Origin: Patescibacteria group bacterium | GTDB taxonomy: Bacteria > Patescibacteriota > Patescibacteriia > Buchananbacterales > UBA6539 | DNA: 64,000 nt | Assembly: GCA_041649675.1 (NCBI GenBank) | Contig: JBAZMQ010000008.1 | Span: forward strand, 344-64,343 | Reading direction: 5' to 3' | In this document: in pieces, positions 45,830-52,760 of the stretch | Layout of the letters: the number at the start of each line of letters is the position of its first letter | Position numbering within the stretch: the first letter of the stretch is position 1 | Notes under the pieces: generated by a model | Database searches by the model: none | Seen by the model: only the letters and a program-made list of their open reading frames with translations | Told to the model about the DNA's origin: nothing | Position numbers and translations under genes: made by a program

Positions 45830-46555
45830 TTAAATAAATCTGGTGATGAGGAAAATAAAAACCGTGCCTAAAATAGTTAGGCCGATGGTTTTATATGAGC
45901 TGTGCTCGCTATGAGCTTCGGGCAAAATGTCGCTAGCGCCGATATAAAGCAGAAAGCCAGCAAAAAAACCCAGATACAAAACTAAAAATTGCGGTGGAAC
46001 TTGGAACAGTAAAGTAAAAGCCGCACCGGCAATTGGGGCTAAGGCATCAATTAGCAAAAATCCCATTGCTTTTTTTTGGCTGTTTTCATTTTTTAGCATT
46101 AAAGCGACTGTGTTCATACCGTCAGTAAAGTCGTGAGAAATTACGGCAATTGCTACCAATATGCCAATCATTGAATTTATTTGAAAACCTAAACCAATGC
46201 CGATACCGTCCATGAAACTATGGCCAGCCAAGGCCAAGGCAGATAAAATACCAACTTGCGGATGTTTATGGCTAGCATAATCACCTTCGTGGCAGTGGTG
46301 GATTAGGATAGTTTTTTCTAGAACATGAAAAAGTAAAAAGCCGCAGACTAAAGCAATCATGACATTGATTGGTGGCAGATTATATATCTTTATTTGTTCA
46401 ATAATCTCAGGCAAAATATCAAAACTGACAACGCCTAAAATAACGCCGGCGGTAAAACCCATTACCAGGTGAAGTTTGTTTTTTAATTTAATGGCAAACA
46501 AGCCACCCAAGAAGGTGGAAAAAAAGGTTATTAAAGAAATTAGGACGGCTGGCAT
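45830..46555 (-). CDS. ZIP-family divalent metal transporter (ZupT-like)
   Basis: HHCHEGDYASHKHP His-rich loop, HSFMDGIGIG and HDFTDGMN signature helices. Confidence 0.7.
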   Translation of the reverse strand: MPAVLISLITFFSTFLGGLFAIKLKNKLHLVMGFTAGVILGVVSFDILPEIIEQIKIYNLPPINVMIALVCGFLLFHVLEKTILIHHCHEGDYASHKHPQVGILSALALAGHSFMDGIGIGLGFQINSMIGILVAIAVISHDFTDGMNTVALMLKNENSQKKAMGFLLIDALAPIAGAAFTLLFQVPPQFLVLYLGFFAGFLLYIGASDILPEAHSEHSSYKTIGLTILGTVFIFLITRFI

Positions 46556-46578
46556 TTAATTTTATATTTTATAGAAAA

Positions 46579-47658
46579 TTATAGAAAATCGCTTTTGTAA
46601 TTTGGGGCTTCTTTTATTTCTTTTAAGCTGTGCGGATGACTTTCGCGTAAACCGGCCGGTGAAATTCTGACAAACTCGGCTTTCTTGGCCAGTTCATAAA
46701 TATCTTTGGAACCGCAATAGCCTAAACCTTGGCGGATACCGCCAATCATTTGAGAAATTACGTGATTAGCTGATCCTTTGTAGGGGACATGGCCAACCAC
46801 ACCTTCAGCAATTAATTCATTATCATTTTTTCCACTTTGTAAATAACGATCTTTACTGCCTTGTTGCATGGCGTCAATTGAACCCATGCCGCGGTAAGTT
46901 TTGAATTTTTTGCCTTTGATTTCCACAATTTCTCCCGGGGCTTCGTCCGTGCCGGCAAACAAACCGCCAAGCATGACCGCAACGGCACCGGCGGCCAAGG
47001 CTTTAACAATATCACCAGAATATTTTATGCCGCCATCAGCAATAATTGGAGTTTTGGTTTTTTTAGCGGCTTTAACAGCTTCCATTACGGCGGTTAGTTG
47101 AGGCACGCCAATGCCGGCAATAATTCGGGTCGTACAAATTGATCCGGGTCCAACTCCGACTTTAACAACATCAGCGCCAGCGGCGATTAAATCAGCAGTG
47201 GCTTTAGCGGTTGCCACATTACCGCCGATAATTAAAATATTTTTTGGCAGAATTTTTTTTAAGGCTTTAATGGTTTCAGCCACTTTATAGTAATGGCCAT
47301 GGGCCACATCAATTACAATGGCATCAGCCCCAGCGGCAACCAAAGCTTTGGCTCGAGCAATGGCTTGATCACCGACCGAAACGGAAGCGCCACACAAAAG
47401 ATTTTGATCTTTTACTTTTTTGACTTCTAAGGCTTGTTGCTCGGTGGGCATATTTTTATGGATAATACCTAAGCCGCCGGCCTTGGCTAAAACTATAGCT
47501 AAGGCACTTTCGGTTACCGTATCCATGGCCGCAGACAACAAAGGGATTTCCAATTTTAATTTTTTTCCCAAGGTAACAGCGGTGCTGACTTGACTGGGTG
47601 AAGTATTAGATTTTTGGGGGACGAGTAAAACGTCGTCAAAAGTTAAGGCTTCTTTCAT
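46579..47658 (-). CDS. guaB: IMP dehydrogenase/GMP reductase family protein (IMPDH lacking the CBS subdomain, or GuaC-like)
   Basis: TIM-barrel IMPDH motifs including the catalytic loop [11 protein letters not shown] and GGI...GG. 359 aa. Divergent from guaA. Confidence 0.75.
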   Translation of the reverse strand: MKEALTFDDVLLVPQKSNTSPSQVSTAVTLGKKLKLEIPLLSAAMDTVTESALAIVLAKAGGLGIIHKNMPTEQQALEVKKVKDQNLLCGASVSVGDQAIARAKALVAAGADAIVIDVAHGHYYKVAETIKALKKILPKNILIIGGNVATAKATADLIAAGADVVKVGVGPGSICTTRIIAGIGVPQLTAVMEAVKAAKKTKTPIIADGGIKYSGDIVKALAAGAVAVMLGGLFAGTDEAPGEIVEIKGKKFKTYRGMGSIDAMQQGSKDRYLQSGKNDNELIAEGVVGHVPYKGSANHVISQMIGGIRQGLGYCGSKDIYELAKKAEFVRISPAGLRESHPHSLKEIKEAPNYKSDFL

Positions 47659-47781
47659 ATTTTAGAATTAAGAATTACGAATCATGAATTAAGGGTGATA
47701 ATTTTTTAATTCATTATTCTTACTTCATAGTTCTTATTATACTTTATTCTAACCCAAATTTAAGATATAATCAATTTAGAT

Positions 47782-49587
47782 ATGAAAAATCCCCAAATTG
47801 CCGTAATTGATTTTGGCTCACAATACACTCATTTAATTACCCGGCGCATTCGGCAGCTGGGTGTTTTAGCAAAGATTTATTCGCCATTGGTTGAAGTTAA
47901 AAATCTTAAAGGAATCAAAGGTTTAATTTTATCCGGCGGGCCAAACAGTGTTTACGATCAAACCGCAGTCAAATATAATCCCAAGTTATTTGAGTTGAAC
48001 GTACCAATCTTAGGCCTGTGCTACGGCCATCAATTAATTGCTCAACATTTGGGCGGCAAAGTCCAGCCCGGCAAAACTAAAGAATACGGTTTTGCCACTT
48101 TGGAAAAAATTGCCTCAGCAAAACTGTTAAAGGGTGTTTCTAAAACCAGCCGGATTTGGATGAGTCATGGCGACAGCGTGGTTCAATTGCCCAAAGGTTT
48201 TGTTAATTGTGCCAAAACTTCGGATTGTAATGTCGCGGCGATGGCTTGCGAAGCAAAAAAGATTTATGGCCTGCAATTTCATCCCGAAGTTGCCCATACC
48301 AAGCCGGGCCAGTTAGTTTTTAATAATTTCCTTTTTGATATTTGTCATTGCAAAAAAGATTGGTCGTTAGAAAAATATTTTTTACAAATTACCAAAGACG
48401 TTAAAAAAATTGTGGGTAAAAGAAAAGTTTTTTTACTGGTGTCTGGCGGTGTTGATTCTTCAGTTTGTTTTGCTTTGTTAGAAAAGATTTTGGGCAAAAA
48501 AAGAGTTTTTGGTTTGCATATTGATTCAGGCTCAATGCGGCTAGGCGAATCAGCCCAAGTCAAAGCTGATTTGGCCAAAGCCGGTTTTGATAATTTGGTG
48601 GTTTATGATGCGGTCAAAACTTTTTTAAATGCCGAAATTGGCGTTATTGAACCCGAAAAGAAACGTGAGATTATTGGCAGAACTTTTTTACAGGTCAAAG
48701 ACGAAGTGATGGCCAAAAATAAATTAAACCCCAAAGATTGGGTGTTGGGCCAAGGAACAATTTATCCCGATACGATTGAAACCGGCGGGACCAAGCATTC
48801 GGATAAAATTAAAACTCATCATAACCGGGTTAAAGAAGTTTTAGAATTAATGCGTTTGGGTGCTTTGGTTGAGCCGTTAGCAGAATTATATAAAGATGAA
48901 GTTCGGGCCATTGGAAAAAAATTGGGTTTGGCCGATTCGTTAATAAATCGTCATCCTTTTCCTGGGCCAGGCTTGTTTATTCGGACTTTATGCAGTAATG
49001 GACGTAAACGAGAAATCAGAAATCAGAAATCAGAAATCAGGGTGGCAGAGATTGTGGGTTCTAAGTTTAAAACTGCGATTTTGCCTTTAAAAAGCGTTGG
49101 GGTTCAAGGGGATAATCGGACTTATCGTCATCCGGCCTTGATTTCCGGGCAGGCCAAATGGTCAACGTTGCATGATTTGTCGGTTAGAATTACCAATGAA
49201 GTCCCAGAAGTTAACCGAGTGGTATATTTAGTCGCGCCACAAAAGATTAATTTTAGTAATTTAAAAATTAAACCGGCTTATTTAACCAAAGACCGTTTGG
49301 ATTTATTACGTCAAGTTGATTTTTTGGTCAACCAAGAAGTAAAAAAGGCAAAATTGTATGATAAAATTTGGCAATTTCCAATTGTCCTGGCGCCTTTAAG
49401 TTTGAATGGGGGAGAGACCATAATTTTAAGGCCGGTTGAATCCGAAGAAGCAATGACGGTAAATTTTTATCCAATGCAAAAAACAATTTTAGATAATATT
49501 GCCAAAAAGATCTTGACGGTCAAGGGCATTGATTTAGTTTTATACGATGTAACCAACAAGCCACCAGCCACGATTGAGTGGGAGTAA
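47782..49587 (+). CDS. guaA: GMP synthase (glutamine-hydrolysing), with an internal partial duplication of the C-terminal domain and a (GAAATCA)x4 tract
   Basis: GATase LCYGHQL..H..E, ATP-PPase SGGVDSSV, and C-terminal LYDKIWQFPIVLAPL. The extra segment ...AILPLKSVGVQGDNRTYRHPAL... duplicates the canonical KSVGV-GD-RTY motif. 601 aa. Confidence 0.85.
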   Translation: MKNPQIAVIDFGSQYTHLITRRIRQLGVLAKIYSPLVEVKNLKGIKGLILSGGPNSVYDQTAVKYNPKLFELNVPILGLCYGHQLIAQHLGGKVQPGKTKEYGFATLEKIASAKLLKGVSKTSRIWMSHGDSVVQLPKGFVNCAKTSDCNVAAMACEAKKIYGLQFHPEVAHTKPGQLVFNNFLFDICHCKKDWSLEKYFLQITKDVKKIVGKRKVFLLVSGGVDSSVCFALLEKILGKKRVFGLHIDSGSMRLGESAQVKADLAKAGFDNLVVYDAVKTFLNAEIGVIEPEKKREIIGRTFLQVKDEVMAKNKLNPKDWVLGQGTIYPDTIETGGTKHSDKIKTHHNRVKEVLELMRLGALVEPLAELYKDEVRAIGKKLGLADSLINRHPFPGPGLFIRTLCSNGRKREIRNQKSEIRVAEIVGSKFKTAILPLKSVGVQGDNRTYRHPALISGQAKWSTLHDLSVRITNEVPEVNRVVYLVAPQKINFSNLKIKPAYLTKDRLDLLRQVDFLVNQEVKKAKLYDKIWQFPIVLAPLSLNGGETIILRPVESEEAMTVNFYPMQKTILDNIAKKILTVKGIDLVLYDVTNKPPATIEWE

Positions 49588-49594
49588 CGCGTAG

Positions 49595-49695
49595 TGTCAT
49601 TTCGAGGTCTTAGTTGAAGTCGAGAGGCCGAGAATTTCATACTATAATGAGATTTCTCCCTTGACCATCCTAAATGTGACTCGGTCGAAATGACA
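49595..49695. repeat. TGTCATTTCGAG...TCGAAATGACA palindromic element (copy 4)
   Basis: About 100 bp, bounded by terminal inverted repeats of the same family as 15653-15742 and 55169-55273. Confidence 0.55.
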
Positions 49696-49699
49696 ATAA

Positions 49700-49738
49700 A
49701 AAAAGAGCCGCGCCTGTATTACCAGGTGCGGCTTTTGA
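49700..49738. terminator. Bidirectional intrinsic terminator between guaA (+) and the LTD-protein gene (-)
   Basis: AAAAAAA-GAGCCGCGCCTG-TATTA-CCAGGTGCGGCT-TTTGA. Confidence 0.55.
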
Positions 49739-49754
49739 TAGTGGCTTTTTTAGA

Positions 49755-51677
49755 TTAACGATCAGATTTCAATTTTAGTAAGCCAGCGATGACTAAAATG
49801 GCTACTGCCAATCCGGCGGCAATAAAATATTTTGTTTTGGTATTAATTGTCGCCGGAGTCGAAGTATTATTTTGATAAATATTTTTTTGGTCTAATTTAG
49901 GGTCTAATTCCGCGCCCAAAATGGTTGGTGTTTTTTCCTCCTCATCTGCCTGGCTATCTAAGCTGTTAATTTCGCCCGGAGTCGGGGTTTGGGTTTGTTG
50001 CCAAGTAAAATCTTGATCCAAAACATAACTGACGCCGGCTTGGCTGGTTTGGTAAGAAACAGCATCAATAACTTGGCCAGACGGAGCTATTAGTCGGACA
50101 CTGTCGTCGCTATTGTTTAAAGCAATTTTGGTCTGGTCTTTTAAGAAAGCCAAATATTGGCCGGGCTGAATAATTGTACCCGGTGGTATGGTGTAGGGTT
50201 TGCTGCCTTTTTCACTATCATCAAGCTGAAAATTACCTAAGTCAACGGCAAAATCTTCTTGGTTAAAAAGTTCAATAAATTCTTGTTGATTATTTTCTTT
50301 TGTGGGGTTGGGCAAAAATTCAGAAATAAAAATTGTTGGCAGTTTTTCTTGGGTGCTGGCAATAAAATAGGAATTATTGACTGCCGGATTTATTATTTCG
50401 GGCGTGGTTGTTGGTTTTTCTTCGGTCTTATCTTCTTTATTTTCCGGATCAGTAATTTTAATTTTGAAAGTTTCGGTGCTGCTAGCTTCATTGTTAACAA
50501 AAACATTTAAAGCTATTTCATAATTTCCGGGCAGTAAATAGGTTTGGGTTGATGTGACGTTGTTGGCACTTTGGCCATTACCAAAATTCCAAAGAAATTT
50601 TAATGGTCGTTTTTGGGGATCAAAAGAATCAGAACCGTCAAAAATAATTAGTTGACCAATTTGGCCGGTTTTGGGTGCATAAATTGTGGCTTGGGGCATA
50701 ATCTCAACCTTAAAGATATTTTCTTGACCGGGCGTAATATTTTCCCAGCTCCATTGATTATCACTGTTTTTTTGGTAGCTTAGGCCATCTGGCGCCTGGG
50801 TTTTAAAGCTGGCCTGGTCAATAATTTTTCCGTTTTTATCGTAAAGCGTAATTTTTTCTTGAAAGTTATTTAAGACCAAATTAGTTTGGGTTCGGTCAAA
50901 AATAATATGGCAGCCCGGAGTAATTATTAAAGAGGGGATAATAAATTTTTGTTTGGCTAAATTGGTGATTTTCCAATCAGTCAGATCCAAATTATTTTGG
51001 CTAATGTTTTTCAATTCAACAAATTCGTTTTGGCTGTTGCCGTCGCTGGGGGCAGGAAAAATTTCAGTAATAATAATTTCACCTTTTTTGGCATCGATTT
51101 GGGCACTGGGCGGTGTTGGGGTATTGTTTTGGGCTGGTAGCAAATTGTTTTCGTCAACAGGCGGCGGGATTGTGCTAGCCGTGCTGTTTTGGGCTTTTGG
51201 CGTACCGCCCACTTCAGCACTGGTTTGCCATTGATTATTGGTTCTTTCCAGGGTTTGTTTAGTGTTATTATCGCCAGCCGGCCAGGCAGCGCTGCCATTA
51301 ATTTCATCAATTAAATTATTATTTTGATCGTAAAGTTTTAACCATTCGCCGGAGTTACTTAATGAACCAGTGTAAGTTTGGTCCGCTGTAATATCGGGTA
51401 AAGTATCGTCAGCGGTTCGTTCTAATAAAAAATAACTACCCGCCGGAATTGTTCCGCTTAAATTAATTTTGGGACTGCCATCAGCAGCTTCCAGGCGCCA
51501 ACCATTTAAGTCAATGTTTTGTTCAGTTGGATTGTATAATTCTAACCATTCGCTGTTGGCTGAAACGGTTGTGCCCATCCAAGCGATTTCGTTGATTAAG
51601 ATTGATGGTTGGTTGGCATAAAGATTTAGAGGGAGAAGGATTAGAGTTAAGACGATAAAAAGAAGTTTAGTCTTCAT
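49755..51677 (-). CDS. Cell-surface protein with three lamin-tail domains (LTD), a PKD domain and a C-terminal TM anchor
   Basis: Signal peptide, then the repeated LTD pattern INEIAWMG...EWLELYNPT...LNGWRL (three times). PKD segment FDGSDSFDP...WNFGNG...YLLPGNYEIALNV. C-terminal FIAAGLAVAILVIAGLL. Confidence 0.7.
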   Translation of the reverse strand: MKTKLLFIVLTLILLPLNLYANQPSILINEIAWMGTTVSANSEWLELYNPTEQNIDLNGWRLEAADGSPKINLSGTIPAGSYFLLERTADDTLPDITADQTYTGSLSNSGEWLKLYDQNNNLIDEINGSAAWPAGDNNTKQTLERTNNQWQTSAEVGGTPKAQNSTASTIPPPVDENNLLPAQNNTPTPPSAQIDAKKGEIIITEIFPAPSDGNSQNEFVELKNISQNNLDLTDWKITNLAKQKFIIPSLIITPGCHIIFDRTQTNLVLNNFQEKITLYDKNGKIIDQASFKTQAPDGLSYQKNSDNQWSWENITPGQENIFKVEIMPQATIYAPKTGQIGQLIIFDGSDSFDPQKRPLKFLWNFGNGQSANNVTSTQTYLLPGNYEIALNVFVNNEASSTETFKIKITDPENKEDKTEEKPTTTPEIINPAVNNSYFIASTQEKLPTIFISEFLPNPTKENNQQEFIELFNQEDFAVDLGNFQLDDSEKGSKPYTIPPGTIIQPGQYLAFLKDQTKIALNNSDDSVRLIAPSGQVIDAVSYQTSQAGVSYVLDQDFTWQQTQTPTPGEINSLDSQADEEEKTPTILGAELDPKLDQKNIYQNNTSTPATINTKTKYFIAAGLAVAILVIAGLLKLKSDR

Positions 51678-51690
51678 AGAGTTATTGTTA

Positions 51691-51723
51691 ATATTTAGTC
51701 ACAAAAACACAAAAGCACAAAGG
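51691..51723. repeat. Left arm of a ~30-bp inverted repeat flanking the four-helix-bundle gene
   Basis: ATATTTAGTCACAAAAACACAAAAGCACAAAGG matches the reverse complement of 52092-52122 (ATATTTCACAAAAACACGAAGGCACAAAAGC). Confidence 0.6.
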
Positions 51724-51725
51724 GA

Positions 51726-52088
51726 TTATTTTTTTAGAGATTTTTCTAAATCGGAGATTTCTGTCCATAACATTGCACCGATTTCTTCGGCCAGTTTTAT
51801 TCCGATTGAATGGTCATTTTCAGTAATAAAATTTTGTTGTTGGGAAAAATGTAATAGGTATTTTGATTCTTTTAAGGAGCCGTAGGAAATTTCCAAAAAA
51901 TTTAATTGAACTAAAGGTTTTTTTCGAGCATAACCTTCAAGATAGTTCAAAATTATTGAAAGGGTTGATCGTCTCCATTGGGAAACGCTGCCATATAATT
52001 CTCCTTTAGGAAATTTTTTTGTCACCCGATAGACAAATTTGACGTATTCATCAGCTTTCATTTTTAATTTATTTTGGAATTTGCTCAT
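51726..52088 (-). CDS. Four-helix-bundle protein of the '23S rRNA intervening-sequence protein' family
   Basis: YRVTKKFPKGELYGSVSQWRRSTLSIILNYLEGYARK...EISYGSLKESKYLL closely follows the family consensus (…[30 protein letters not shown]…A.GSL.EL.T.L). 120 aa. Confidence 0.75.
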   Translation of the reverse strand: MSKFQNKLKMKADEYVKFVYRVTKKFPKGELYGSVSQWRRSTLSIILNYLEGYARKKPLVQLNFLEISYGSLKESKYLLHFSQQQNFITENDHSIGIKLAEEIGAMLWTEISDLEKSLKK

Positions 52089-52091
52089 ATT

Positions 52092-52122
52092 GCTTTTGTG
52101 CCTTCGTGTTTTTGTGAAATAT
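52092..52122. repeat. Right arm of the inverted repeat flanking the four-helix-bundle gene (in its 5' leader)
   Basis: See 51691-51723. Confidence 0.6.
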
Positions 52123-52175
52123 AAAAAGCGTAGAACCAGAAAATTGGTCTGCGCTATGTTGGTTTGTGAATACGG

Positions 52176-52260
52176 AAAAATCCCGATCGAGTCGGGATTT
52201 TCGCGCTATGTTGAGCCTAAGCTCAATTATCATTTTAAGCGCAATCCAAAATCTTGTCAA
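52176..52260 (-). promoter_or_regulatory. Putative promoter of the four-helix-bundle gene (minus strand: TTGACA 52255-52260, 17-nt spacer, TAAAAT 52232-52237) followed by a terminator-like hairpin in the leader (52176-52204)
   Basis: Read from the reverse complement. AAAAATCCCGA-CTCGA-TCGGGATTTTT hairpin with a T-run. Confidence 0.4.
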
Positions 52261-52321
52261 GACTAATTGACAATTAGGCCAAAATTAGTAATTATTATAA
52301 GGTAAAAGTAATAAAAATGGG

Positions 52322-52398
52322 TGAGTGGTGAAATTGGCCCGCCTTCGCCAAAGCTACGGCGGGTAAATATACACGCATCTATTTTAAAATTAAAAATC
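52322..52398 (+). pseudogene. Degenerate 5' portion of tRNA-Leu with a GC-rich hairpin (CCCGCCTTCGCCAAAGCTACGGCGGG, 52338-52363) inserted in the D-loop
   Basis: GAGTGGTGAAATTGG[...]TAAATATACACGCAT parallels the D-arm GTGGTGGAATTGGTATACACGCAT of the intact gene. Confidence 0.5.
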
Positions 52399-52399
52399 A

Positions 52400-52486
52400 G
52401 CAGGCGTGGTGGAATTGGTATACACGCATGCCTTAGGAGCATGTTCCCGAAAGGGATTGAGAGTTCGAGTCTCTCCGCCTGCACCA
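52400..52486 (+). tRNA. tRNA-Leu (anticodon TAG), CCA encoded
   Basis: GCAGGCG-TG-GTGGAATTGGTATACACGC-A-CATGC-CTTAGGA-GCATG-TTCCCGAAAGGGAT-TGAGAGTTCGAGTCTCTC-CGCCTGC-A-CCA. Confidence 0.85.
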
Positions 52487-52529
52487 AAAATTGTAAGCGG
52501 TTCGCTTGCCCCGCACTAAAGATATATTG

Positions 52530-52660
52530 AGGCGCATGCTTGCCCGCCGAAGCGAAGCGGAGGCGGGCCTTAGGAGCACGTGCCGCAAGGCTTGAGAGTT
52601 TCCGCCAAAGGCGGACCCGCCTCTGGCGGGCGAGTCTCTCCGCCTGCACCAAAAATTACA
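52530..52660 (+). pseudogene. Degenerate tRNA-Leu(TAG)-like copy lacking the acceptor/D-arm 5' part, with GC-rich hairpin insertions in the anticodon stem (52542-52568) and T-loop (52599-52631), ending in CGCCTGCACCA
   Basis: CATGC[TTGCCCGCCGAAGCGAAGCGGAGGCGGGC]CTTAGGAGCACGTG...TTGAGAGT[TTCCGCCAAAGGCGGACCCGCCTCTGGCGGGCG]AGTCTCTCCGCCTGCACCA. Confidence 0.55.
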
Positions 52661-52760
52661 AAAGGTTTGCCACCAAACCAAAAAAATTATAATCGCCTAA
52701 TGGGTGATTTTTTGGTATAATTAAAGTATTGATATTAAATTTCAAAAATTAGCTAAATTT

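Noticed and set aside
52263-52681. Minus-strand ORFs of 129 and 82 aa across the tRNA-Leu locus
   Set aside because: They lie entirely over tRNA-Leu(TAG) and its GC-rich pseudo-copies. The GC-rich hairpins remove stop codons by chance.
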